IMG/VR virus record: IMGVR_UViG_3300021057_000002
Location: 1 to 58,767 of that record
Length of the DNA stretch: 58,767 bases
DNA from: a virus
Strand: one strand, 5' to 3'
The position numbers and the translations under genes are program-made. Below are positions 25,414 to 34,370 of this stretch, piece after piece. Under the pieces are notes generated by a model. The model saw nothing but the letters and a program-made list of their open reading frames with translations. It made no database searches and had not been told where the DNA came from. The first letter of the stretch is position 1; the number at the start of each line of letters is the position of its first letter.

Positions 25414-26415
25414 TTACGCGGCCCACGGATTCCACGACTCGTACGGCAGTCCGTTCGTCGTTGCTTGGGGTTGTGGAGTGGGTGCCGCAGCCATCATCGG
25501 CGCCGCTGCACCAGAAGCGCCACCCGTCGCGTACGCCGCACCGAGCTGGCCGCCGAGCTGGAGCAGCGCCGGGAACATGCCCTTGTCTGACATCTGCATT
25601 CCGCGCTTGGCCATCTCGTTCGCGAACGTCTGCTGATCGAGGCCCATCAGTGCCGCGAGGACGCGCGACGACTGGGCATCGTTGAGCCCCATCTGCTGGA
25701 GCTGCGCCGCTTGGTTCGCCAAGTTCGCCTGCTGACCGAACTGACCCTGCAACAGATCGCGCTGCTGCAGGAGATTCGCGTTCTGTCCGGCGAAGTCGAT
25801 GTCCTGCGAGCGCATTCCACCGAGCAGTCCCGCGAGTTGCTGGTTGGCCGACGCCTGATCGTTGAGCTGGGCGATGTGGGCCTGTCCGGCACCGGCCACG
25901 CCGAGATCGGCACTCGTGCGTGCGGCCTGACGAGCTGCGAGGGCCGCGTTGGCGCCACGCGCCGAGCGAGCGAGCGCCTGCTGGGCCGCTTGTGCTTGGC
26001 CGATCTGACGATTGACAGCGAGCTCGCCCGCGCCGGCTTGGTCGCCGGTCGCGATTGCACCCAGTCGATTCGCAACGCCCTGCATCTGTCCGCGGGCGTC
26101 GCCCTGCATACTGCCGTCGAGTTGTGCGGCACGACCGAGTTGATACGCTTGGGTCTGCGGAGCCTGGCGATTGCCAATCGAGCCCAGTTGACCAGAGAGG
26201 TAGTTGGAGAGCTGGTCGTAATGCGCACCACGAGAGTCGAGGCCCTGGGTGGCGTTGCCGCCAAACAGCCAGTTTTTGAGACCGGACCACGCGCCGCTGT
26301 TGCCGCCGATCTGGCTACCGGCCGCGCCGCCCGCGATGGCCCCTGCGGGTCCGAGACCGAGACCACCACCGACGCCAGCGCCAATGAGTCCGCCGAGAGT
26401 GCTTCCGAACCCCAT
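25414..26415 (-). CDS. Gly/Gln/Ala-rich internal virion protein
   Basis: ORF track 333 aa. Gly-rich hydrophobic N-terminus and Q/A/N low-complexity core. Confidence 0.55.
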   Translation of the reverse strand: MGFGSTLGGLIGAGVGGGLGLGPAGAIAGGAAGSQIGGNSGAWSGLKNWLFGGNATQGLDSRGAHYDQLSNYLSGQLGSIGNRQAPQTQAYQLGRAAQLDGSMQGDARGQMQGVANRLGAIATGDQAGAGELAVNRQIGQAQAAQQALARSARGANAALAARQAARTSADLGVAGAGQAHIAQLNDQASANQQLAGLLGGMRSQDIDFAGQNANLLQQRDLLQGQFGQQANLANQAAQLQQMGLNDAQSSRVLAALMGLDQQTFANEMAKRGMQMSDKGMFPALLQLGGQLGAAYATGGASGAAAPMMAAAPTPQPQATTNGLPYESWNPWAA

Positions 26416-26417
26416 GG

Positions 26418-29400
26418 TTACACGCTTCTTCCTGCCGACATCGGCTTGTAGACACTGCCCTTCACACCACCGGTGAGGACAAGCTCCGTCAATTCAAAGG
26501 ACGCACCGGCCAACCCGGCCTTTTGGTAGTCCTCGAAGCGGAACTGGATCGACTGACCCCGAGAACCAATATGCATGCGCCACTGGTAAAGTCCAGGGCC
26601 GGTTCCGCCGAAGACCCCATCGCCGTAGTTACCGTCTCCGTAGTTGGACCCGAGAATCGAGTCCTCGCCGCTGCCGATCCAGTTGACGTTGGCCCCCGAG
26701 ATCCAGCCGGTCTGCGACGAGTCCCCAGTCGCATCGGCGTACCACGGCTCGCTCCACTGATTCGAATAGTCGGTTCGATACTGCATCTTGAGCTGGTGCG
26801 CACTCTTGCGGTCCCCCAAGAGCAGCATGTGCCAGAACATCTGGAATCCCTGCAAATGCTCCTGCAGGTGGAGCCAGGCGGTCTCCATCACGAATGTGAT
26901 TGGCACTCCGGCATCGGAGTACTCGTTCACGGTCTCGCGTAACACCCGATCGTCGGTTCGTAGGTAGTGGTAGACGCCCTCGACAATGACCGAATCCCGG
27001 CCCTCATGATTGGTGAACGTCGACCATTGGCCGAACAAGTAGTCGTAGTAGAGCGTCTTGCCGGAGTCGGTCAGAAACACTACCGCGGTCCGATCGGGCA
27101 ATACCGTGGCCCGTCGAACCGATTGGCTGTTGTAAGTCTCGACCGGTGCGCCGACGTAGGTAACCGATCGCCCGCGATCGAGCAGATAGATTCCCTTACT
27201 GCTCTTGAACACCAGCCCAACGGGCGTCAGCGCGATCGACGCTGGATCGGTGCAGCCAACGTCACTCGTCACGAGTTGGGGAAGTGAAAACCCGTCGGCC
27301 GAGATGTCCCCGGCGGCACTCGGGCCGTTGCCGCCGAACACAAAGATCGCCCGCTCCTTGAACAGGAACACCAGGTCATCCATGACGGCGATCGCGGAGA
27401 TCGATCCGCCGAACGGATCGCATCGGACGAACAACTCGGGCGGAAACTCCACCCCGTAGCCGTCCTCGAGCTCTTGACTGAACCGCACCAAATTTCCGTC
27501 ACTCGGGTCGACAAAGAACAGCCGGTTCTTGCCGCCGGCGATCACGTGGCCCAACGGCGATGGATCGTTCGAGAGGATCCCACCGTTGGTGTAGAGCGGC
27601 TCTTGCGTGGCCAGGGTCGTGTCGGACATCCGATCGACCAAGGTCACGGTGTCTACCGTCGTATCGTTGGCGACGTAGCCATTAACCGCACCGGCCGTTG
27701 ACGGATCGGCGCTGGTGATCCGGAACAGCTTGACCTCGCTGTTGGCCTCCGAGCGCGCGACGCAGATCCGGACGTTGGACTTCTTGGTGACCCGCAGCGT
27801 GGGGAGCGTCAGCGTCACTTGGGTCTCGCCAACGCCGAGCACCACAACGGTATCGACACTCGTTGGGCCGCGATGCACTTCGCCGAGCGTGTCGGTCCAC
27901 TCATACCAAGCGACGTAGCGGTAGGTCTTCTCCGCGGTCAGAGAGCCACCCCCTGCTTTTGCCGCGGTGATGAGCTCGGGCCCGAAGTGAAATCCCTGCT
28001 CCGTCCATGTGCTGCCGTCGTAGTGGAGCGGGCAGCCGCCCATGTAGAGACCGCGGCCCAGCTGCGCCGTTTGATGCGTGTCCTCGTTGTCGAAATCAAG
28101 CCCGGCGAGCCGGATCCCGGTCTCGGTGAACTGGTCGTTGTTCTCCGACAGCAGCCGCTCTTTGTAGGGCAGTGCGATCGAAACGACGCTATCGGCTACG
28201 TAGACCGAGGGCAGTTGTTTCCGCGTCGGCGCTCCACCGGCCAACCCGGGAAGCATACGACCCACCGGCGACCAGTCCGAGAGCCCGCCGGAGCCGCTGA
28301 TGCGCAGAGTCACGTAGGTGTTGAAATACGTCGTGTCGTGCACGAAGGTGGCAAACACATCCGAGGTGACGCCGACCTGAAACGCACGCGACGCCAGGCC
28401 CACGCTTCGTAGGACCGAGGTGTCTTCTTGTGAGCCGTCGACATTCGAAAACGTCCGCACGAACCGATTACTGGGTTGGGCCGCTGCCTCCTCGTAGGCG
28501 CCCCATAGCGTCTTGGTTCCGTCGGTCGTGTATGCGATTGCAATCCGCTGGACGTCGACCGCGGCCACATCGCATTCGCCGGCGGTTACGTTCGTGAACG
28601 CGACCAGCGATGTCCCGCCGTTGTACGCGAGCAGCGAAACCTTCGAGGTGACGGAGTTGACCGCGCACAGCGCGAGACGATCCCCATTGCCGCCGTCGAC
28701 ATTGAGAAACGCAATCCCGAGCGGCGTCGTCGCGTGCATCGTGAGCAGACTGGACTCGCGATACACCGACGGATGACCCGAGGCCGGCGAGCCCAGAAAC
28801 CCACCGCCGTCGACGTAGCCGAACCGGATGTTCGTCGTGGCGTGCTCGTGCCACGCGATCGCGGCCGGGCTTCCGGTGCGGGTGGTCGGGACCACGTCGT
28901 ATGACGGGTTCGTGCTGCTGATGTCATCGACCAGGATCGTGATCGAGGACGCGATCGACGCGCTGGGCGTGACCGGGTTGCAGATCGCGACCTTGATGGT
29001 CTGGCCGTTCACCCAGTAGATGTGCAGCACATTGCCGACGGGACAGCATCGAGGACGAGTGCCCGAGGCGTCGAGTTGCTCGGGGCCTCGGCAGATGCGA
29101 CCCGAATCGGCATCGACCGCTGCCCACCACACACCGCCGCGACTATCTTCCCAGGCGACTGCCGAGATCCCGCCGCTGGTCGCGTGGTCCGGACAGGTCT
29201 GCTGGGTGCCAGTGCGAACGAGCGGGCGATCCGATGGAACGACCGAGAAACACGCGCCCGCGTCACTGTTCGTATCGCTGTCGGCCTGGTAGCTGTAACA
29301 GCGATTCGACGTGAACACGAGTAGCTCGTTGTCGCGAACGCCAAGCCGCTTGGTGCTGGAGATGAGCGATGTCGAGCCGTCGATCGCGCGCGATCGGGCG

Positions 29401-29552
29401 GAGTAGCCATTGCGCTTGACGATCGAGATCGCCTTGGTGAACACGCCGTTCTCGAGCGCGAGCAAGCGAACAGAAGGCACGCTCTTGGCGTCTGCCTTGG
29501 TCTCGATGCCGCCCTGAAACAGCACCCGGAGCGTGCGTTCCGCGAGCGCCAC
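26418..29552 (-). CDS. Large tail protein (nozzle / tubular-B position)
   Basis: ORF 26418..29894 trimmed to GTG 29552, just after the upstream TAG. About 1044 aa with beta-rich composition. Confidence 0.6.
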   Translation of the reverse strand: MALAERTLRVLFQGGIETKADAKSVPSVRLLALENGVFTKAISIVKRNGYSARSRAIDGSTSLISSTKRLGVRDNELLVFTSNRCYSYQADSDTNSDAGACFSVVPSDRPLVRTGTQQTCPDHATSGGISAVAWEDSRGGVWWAAVDADSGRICRGPEQLDASGTRPRCCPVGNVLHIYWVNGQTIKVAICNPVTPSASIASSITILVDDISSTNPSYDVVPTTRTGSPAAIAWHEHATTNIRFGYVDGGGFLGSPASGHPSVYRESSLLTMHATTPLGIAFLNVDGGNGDRLALCAVNSVTSKVSLLAYNGGTSLVAFTNVTAGECDVAAVDVQRIAIAYTTDGTKTLWGAYEEAAAQPSNRFVRTFSNVDGSQEDTSVLRSVGLASRAFQVGVTSDVFATFVHDTTYFNTYVTLRISGSGGLSDWSPVGRMLPGLAGGAPTRKQLPSVYVADSVVSIALPYKERLLSENNDQFTETGIRLAGLDFDNEDTHQTAQLGRGLYMGGCPLHYDGSTWTEQGFHFGPELITAAKAGGGSLTAEKTYRYVAWYEWTDTLGEVHRGPTSVDTVVVLGVGETQVTLTLPTLRVTKKSNVRICVARSEANSEVKLFRITSADPSTAGAVNGYVANDTTVDTVTLVDRMSDTTLATQEPLYTNGGILSNDPSPLGHVIAGGKNRLFFVDPSDGNLVRFSQELEDGYGVEFPPELFVRCDPFGGSISAIAVMDDLVFLFKERAIFVFGGNGPSAAGDISADGFSLPQLVTSDVGCTDPASIALTPVGLVFKSSKGIYLLDRGRSVTYVGAPVETYNSQSVRRATVLPDRTAVVFLTDSGKTLYYDYLFGQWSTFTNHEGRDSVIVEGVYHYLRTDDRVLRETVNEYSDAGVPITFVMETAWLHLQEHLQGFQMFWHMLLLGDRKSAHQLKMQYRTDYSNQWSEPWYADATGDSSQTGWISGANVNWIGSGEDSILGSNYGDGNYGDGVFGGTGPGLYQWRMHIGSRGQSIQFRFEDYQKAGLAGASFELTELVLTGGVKGSVYKPMSAGRSV

Positions 29553-29554
29553 CG

Positions 29555-30736
29555 CTAGGGCCTCGTGTATGCGACTTCGACGCCGCGAACCGTGTCGCCG
29601 GTGACGCCACCACCCGTGAACACCAAGTAGTACTGCTTGGTCGAGGTGATATCGATCGCGAGGCTCGACTTCAGAAGCTCGACATCGCCAGGCGACGCCG
29701 CCGAGTTGGTGGCCGACGTTCCCTCGGCGGCCTCCACACCGGCCGTGGTCATGCTGTAGAGCTGCCCGGTGATCGTTCCAGAGCCCGATGCCTTGTTGCA
29801 GAAGATCGACCAGCGGGTGATGCGGTCGTTCGCATTCAGATTGATCGGAAAGGCGAGCCGCCCAGTCGTCGTTCCGACGGCCCACGATCCACAACTGCTG
29901 TTGATTGTCGGCCCCGTGGATGACGCCACTGCAGTCGCCGCGGATACTTGCAGGAAGCGGTTGTCGCTGTGCTTGAGATCGCTGCCCTTGACGGTCCCCA
30001 ACGCAACCAGCGTGCTCGCCATCGTGACTGCGCCCGTGAAGTTCGGCGTGCCCGCGATCGTGGGCGTCGAGATCGACGTCGAGAACGTAATTGCGTTGGG
30101 GACCGTGTTGGTCACCGTCAACACACCCGAGGAATCCATCAGCACGAACGAGGTCGAGCCCGGAGCCGCGAGTGGCAATGTGATGTCATAGGCCGCGGCC
30201 AGGGCCGTCGGTGCATTCAGCCCGACATACACCGTCTCGACGGTGTTGAACTCGAAGATCCGAACGGGTCCCGATGCAAGGCGCGCCCACGGCTTGGGCG
30301 AACCCTGCATCTTGAACGTGTAGCGATCGTTCGCGTCGTCAAACGCGACCTCGGCACCGACCGACGAGTAATCGCCGACAATGCCGCCCACTAGCGTCGT
30401 GTTGATCGACGTGCCGCTGGTAAGCTTGACGTTGGTTCCTGCGTTGGTGCGCCAGTAGAGCTCGTTGTCGGCGCTGCTGACGAACAGTGCTTTCGATCCT
30501 GAAGCCAGCGCGGTCACCGCGTTGAACAGCACCTTGCCGAGCCCCGTCGCGCCGTTGCCGGCAAACGCGAGATCGGCATTGATGTTGAGCCCGCTCGGCG
30601 TGACTTTGACGCCCTTGCCGCTCGAGTGATCGTGCGCGTCGACGAGCCCAAACGCGTCGTTGATTTTGTCGTCCCACGTCCCGGAGTCGCCTCCGAGCGT
30701 GGGAGTCACGATAGACATGTTCGGAAGGGTCGGCAT
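29555..30736 (-). CDS. Tail fibre-like protein
   Basis: ORF track 393 aa. The N-terminus LGGDSGTWDDKINDAFGLVDAHDHSSGKGVKV resembles N-termini common in podophage fibre proteins, from memory. Confidence 0.6.
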   Translation of the reverse strand: MPTLPNMSIVTPTLGGDSGTWDDKINDAFGLVDAHDHSSGKGVKVTPSGLNINADLAFAGNGATGLGKVLFNAVTALASGSKALFVSSADNELYWRTNAGTNVKLTSGTSINTTLVGGIVGDYSSVGAEVAFDDANDRYTFKMQGSPKPWARLASGPVRIFEFNTVETVYVGLNAPTALAAAYDITLPLAAPGSTSFVLMDSSGVLTVTNTVPNAITFSTSISTPTIAGTPNFTGAVTMASTLVALGTVKGSDLKHSDNRFLQVSAATAVASSTGPTINSSCGSWAVGTTTGRLAFPINLNANDRITRWSIFCNKASGSGTITGQLYSMTTAGVEAAEGTSATNSAASPGDVELLKSSLAIDITSTKQYYLVFTGGGVTGDTVRGVEVAYTRP

Positions 30737-31090
30737 CTATTCGACCCTCACGGCCGCGTTGGGCTGGGCCACGCCGGAAATCTCGATCAGTACCTGGCGA
30801 TCGAGATGCGGTTGGTTGGTGTCGTGACGCCACGCGAACGACGCATCGAGCACCGTCGGCATGACGTCGACAAACTTGGGAGCGCGTCCGAGGCCGTGGC
30901 GGACCACGTTGGTGCCGATCACGAGATCGACATCCGTAATGACCTGCGAGGTCGGGCGCTCTTGCAGCTTGCCCATCGCCGCCGCGAGTTCGTCGAGCGC
31001 GCGCGACGTCTCCGGATCATCCACGCTCGTGGAGACGACCCGCTCGACACTACGCGGACGAACTGGCTTGCGACCGGGCATTAGTCCCAC
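30737..31090 (-). CDS. Hypothetical virion protein
   Basis: ORF track 117 aa within the structural block. Confidence 0.5.
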   Translation of the reverse strand: MGLMPGRKPVRPRSVERVVSTSVDDPETSRALDELAAAMGKLQERPTSQVITDVDLVIGTNVVRHGLGRAPKFVDVMPTVLDASFAWRHDTNQPHLDRQVLIEISGVAQPNAAVRVE

Positions 31091-31734
31091 TCCTCTCCAG
31101 CAAACGAGTGGACCTCGCGAAGCTGGAGATACTCGGGTTCTTGCTGGCGACGCCGCGATGCCCCGGTGCGGATCCGTGCGGCGATGCGATCGAGCAAGGC
31201 GACATGCGTGGACACATCGCGCTGCTCGCGCTCGCCGAGCTTCACCAGCGTCGAGGCAACGATGTAGTCGTGCCAGTCGTTGTACATCTGGGTCGTGTTG
31301 CTCTCGTGCAGCGCCGTGACAATTGGCGTGTACGTGACCCGGATGGTGTAGATAGCGTCGGGGGTTGGATACAGCTCGATTCCGCGCGCGCTGGTGCGGA
31401 ATGCAGATGGCCTGTCCTTTTCGGAACCGTACTTGTTACGGTCTCCGATGCCGACCTGATCGAGCTCGTCGTACTCGCTGCCGTCGAGAACATCGACTGC
31501 CTTGACCTTCCAGCAGTCCGCCGGCAGCGCGACATAGGCTTGATTCGCAACCGTCGATACCGTCGAATCCTTGTCCCACCAGCCCTCGTTGACCTCCTCG
31601 ATCAACTCATAGAGCTCGGACCACGAGGTTTGAATCTCGGTATTGACGTTCGCGTTGCTGAACTTGGTCCCGACCGGATAGTCTCCACGAAACCGCACGA
31701 TGTCGCGAATCGTCGCGAGGTTGACGGCGCCCAC
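31081..31734 (-). CDS. Head-tail adaptor / tubular-A-position protein
   Basis: ORF track 217 aa. Call is based on position only. Confidence 0.45.
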   Translation of the reverse strand: MGAVNLATIRDIVRFRGDYPVGTKFSNANVNTEIQTSWSELYELIEEVNEGWWDKDSTVSTVANQAYVALPADCWKVKAVDVLDGSEYDELDQVGIGDRNKYGSEKDRPSAFRTSARGIELYPTPDAIYTIRVTYTPIVTALHESNTTQMYNDWHDYIVASTLVKLGEREQRDVSTHVALLDRIAARIRTGASRRRQQEPEYLQLREVHSFAGEEWD

Positions 31735-31749
31735 GACTCAGGGCTCCGA

Positions 31750-32451
31750 CTAGGCCTTGGTGATGCCGGTCGAATAGAGCTCCTGCCACTTGGTGCCGTC
31801 CCACTCGAAGACCGCGGTATCCGTGGTTGCACCGATCGCCTGGAGATCGGCGATGGCGCCGCCGACGATCGATCGGCCCGCGATCGTGATCGAGCCAACC
31901 GGCGTCGACGCTGCCGTCGAGCAGCCAATGACGATCCGCTCGCCCGGTGCCGATCCGTCGGGAATGCCCTTGGTCGAGTTGGACACGACTGTGCCGGTGA
32001 CCGAGAGCGCGTAGAGCTGCCAGAGGTTCTTGCCGGTCAGCACCGTGGTACCGACCACGACGTTGTCGGCCGTTCCGCCAGCGCGCTGGACGCGAAGGGC
32101 GCGCCACTTCGATCCCGTCCAGACGAAGTCAATCGCCTGGCCGACGGTGTCGAAAAAGAACGTCGACGCGCACGCCAGGCCCGCCGTGGTCTCCGGCGTG
32201 GTTACCGTGAGCGTGCCTGCGGGCGTGGATGCCGCGACGGTGCAGACGACGCGCTTGGTCTGGCCCGCCTTGGTACCGTCGGGCAGCGTGTACGATTTGG
32301 TGCCGGTCACCGAAAGGTGGGTAACCGTCTTGGAGACACTGAGGTCGCCCGTCGTGACGGTCTCGACCGAGTGCATCGAGTTGAGCAGGGCATCGCGGTG
32401 CGTGGAATCCAGTCCTGCGATGACTGCAGCTTCGGAATCAGTGAGTGCCAT
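31750..32451 (-). CDS. Virion surface protein with an internal duplication
   Basis: ORF track 233 aa. Two similar halves: LPDGTKAGQTKRVVCTVAASTPAGTLTV...FVWTGSKW and IPDGSAPGERIVIGCSTAASTPVGSITI...FEWDGTKW. Confidence 0.5.
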   Translation of the reverse strand: MALTDSEAAVIAGLDSTHRDALLNSMHSVETVTTGDLSVSKTVTHLSVTGTKSYTLPDGTKAGQTKRVVCTVAASTPAGTLTVTTPETTAGLACASTFFFDTVGQAIDFVWTGSKWRALRVQRAGGTADNVVVGTTVLTGKNLWQLYALSVTGTVVSNSTKGIPDGSAPGERIVIGCSTAASTPVGSITIAGRSIVGGAIADLQAIGATTDTAVFEWDGTKWQELYSTGITKA

Positions 32452-32637
32452 GAAAATGCTCCTAAGGGGTGGTGGTCAGTCGGCCGTCATGGCCTCGTCC
32501 GGCTGCCTGGTCTCGCGCCGTGGTTGCGGTGTCTCGAATCGAACGGAAGTGCCGTCGGGCATGAGCCGCGGCCGAGTACCAACTCTCACCGCACAAACCG
32601 CCCGCACGACGTTGCCGTGTCGAGCAGTGGAGTCACG

Positions 32638-33027
32638 TTAGGTGTTGCGTCCGCTGTTGCGGGCAATCAGACAGAGGTAGATCGTGTCCGTGCTCGCGGG
32701 GTCCGTCGGCGTCGAGCCGACGTAGGTCTCCAGCGCGGCAGTACCAGCGGACAGATCGATCGAGGCGAACTGAGCGACCAGTCCGTCCGTCGTTCCGACC
32801 ACGAGCGGCGCCATGCCGGCCTTGAGCTGCGGATACTTCTTGCGAAACGTCAGCGTGAACTTGCCTGCTCCGGTACGCGTGGCCGCAGACACCTCGCCAC
32901 CGCCGAAGTCCGCAGACTCGGCGTTGGTCATGTCCGCGGCACCTGCGCCCGTGAGCTCGGCGGTGATCAGCACCAACTGATCCTTGAGAACCTGGAGGTG
33001 CTGGTAGTGGGCTCGATTTGCTCCCAT
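32638..33027 (-). CDS. Small capsid-associated protein (decoration position)
   Basis: ORF track 129 aa; GAAGGAG upstream. It directly follows the capsid gene. Confidence 0.45.
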   Translation of the reverse strand: MGANRAHYQHLQVLKDQLVLITAELTGAGAADMTNAESADFGGGEVSAATRTGAGKFTLTFRKKYPQLKAGMAPLVVGTTDGLVAQFASIDLSAGTAALETYVGSTPTDPASTDTIYLCLIARNSGRNT

Positions 33028-33060
33028 GAGGGTGCTCCTTCAGATGGCCAAGGCCATCGG

Positions 33061-34314
33061 TTACGCAGCCACCGGGATCGACGCGACGCCGTTCCAGCCG
33101 GGCGCCGAGCAGCCGATGTTGCAGTACGTACCCACGCGGCCTTCGAGCGAGTCCTCGTTCTCGGCGAGCTTCAGGATCTTCCCGGTGAACTTTTCGCCGA
33201 GGAACCCGAACAACTCGCCCGAGTGCCAGAACCGCCACGTATTCATCTGCAGCGCGTAGATGCGGTTCGACGGGCAATTGCGGTCGCCGTAGATCCGCAC
33301 CTGCATGCCGCCGACGTTCACGCGGAAGCCGGGGAACCCGATGTCGAGCATCTGGCCACCGTCGGACTTCACCCGCGTGTAGATGTCGGTGCAGACCATC
33401 GAGCGCCCGTGCATCAGGAGCTGCAGGTCGGTCATCGACTCGGGGTTCATGAACACGTGCGAGGTGCGCCCGCCGTGCTTGCCGATCTTTCCGATCAGCT
33501 TGATCAGGATCTCGTCGATCCCGCCGAGCGTCGTGCCGTCGAGGTAGATGCCACCGAGGCGATCGACATCGACGTTGCGAGTGACGCCGTTGAACGCCGA
33601 GCTGAGCTTGGTCGAGCGATCGGTGACCGGCAGCCAGTCCTCGACGCCGTTCAGGCACTGATCATAGTCGCCCTTGGGGACCACGAAATCGTTCGCCGAT
33701 ACACCCGAGAGCGTGTTGGGCGCCGCCGAGAACGTGATCTTGCCTTCCTCGCGGTTGATGTTCGTGACCGTCAGGGTGGCGCCCGATGCGCGCAGCGAGC
33801 CGCCCGAGACCGCCGTAGCGAACTGGACGACCTGATCAATCTGGAAGTTGAACGCGTCGGCCTTGTCCTCGAGGGGACACTCGGCCGCGGTGACCGTGGT
33901 TAGTTTGCCGATCGTGCCGCCACTGGTGCGGAACATCCGGCGCGCGAGCTTTTCGCCCAGCGAGCGATAGCCGCGATCGAACTCGTCGAACGCCGGCTGA
34001 AACGCCTCGTCGGGCTTTTCGCTGGACAGCAGCAACTCGTGGTCGACGAGGACCCGCTGGTACTGCTTCTTGCGCGTGATGACGAAGTCGTCGTACTTCG
34101 AGCGCGACGCATTGGTCATCGCGTCGACGAAGTTGGCGGACGCGTTGCCCGGGTTTCCGAACTCGACCGCCTGGATGTATCGACGACCGCCGGCGCGCTT
34201 GCGCGGCATCATCGCGAGCAGAGGGTTCTCGTAGTAGCTCTGCTCCTTGATTTTCTCTTCGGTGTAGTAGTCCTTGAGGACCGCGTCGTACGCGGTCAGG
34301 TCCATGGTTGCCAC
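33061..34314 (-). CDS. Major capsid protein
   Basis: ORF track 417 aa. Position is immediately after the scaffold gene. Size and composition fit an HK97-fold capsid protein. Start is GTG 34314, or ATG 34305. Confidence 0.8.
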   Translation of the reverse strand: MATMDLTAYDAVLKDYYTEEKIKEQSYYENPLLAMMPRKRAGGRRYIQAVEFGNPGNASANFVDAMTNASRSKYDDFVITRKKQYQRVLVDHELLLSSEKPDEAFQPAFDEFDRGYRSLGEKLARRMFRTSGGTIGKLTTVTAAECPLEDKADAFNFQIDQVVQFATAVSGGSLRASGATLTVTNINREEGKITFSAAPNTLSGVSANDFVVPKGDYDQCLNGVEDWLPVTDRSTKLSSAFNGVTRNVDVDRLGGIYLDGTTLGGIDEILIKLIGKIGKHGGRTSHVFMNPESMTDLQLLMHGRSMVCTDIYTRVKSDGGQMLDIGFPGFRVNVGGMQVRIYGDRNCPSNRIYALQMNTWRFWHSGELFGFLGEKFTGKILKLAENEDSLEGRVGTYCNIGCSAPGWNGVASIPVAA

Positions 34315-34320
34315 GGTGGT

Positions 34321-34338
34321 TGCTCCTGGGGAGGAGCA
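34321..34338 (-). promoter_or_regulatory. Hairpin that pairs the capsid-gene Shine-Dalgarno
   Basis: The mRNA reads UGCUCCU-CCCC-AGGAGCA (7-bp stem), then ACCACC, then GUG. AGGAG is the only SD-like element for the capsid gene. Confidence 0.4.
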
Positions 34339-34370
34339 CCGGGGCCGTTACCGTCGAGGGCTTGTCCGGC

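Noticed and set aside
19139-25590. Long + strand ORFs 19139..20356, 20501..21748, 22363..23451 and 23950..25590.
   Set aside because: All are antisense to the three large internal-virion-protein genes. They have Arg-rich, low-information sequences and no RBS or coupling signals.
25313-26384. - strand ORFs 25313..26290 and 25647..26384, as alternatives to 25414..26415.
   Set aside because: They are off-frame readings of the Gly/Gln-rich gene. The chosen frame abuts both neighbours cleanly and has a coherent low-complexity protein sequence.
31108-33903. A 931-aa + strand ORF, the longest + strand ORF in the structural region.
   Set aside because: It is antisense to five well-supported - strand genes (capsid, decoration-position and others). 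Its Arg/Gly/Asp/Leu-rich composition has no motifs. It is a typical shadow ORF of a high-GC genome, where off-frames lack stop codons.
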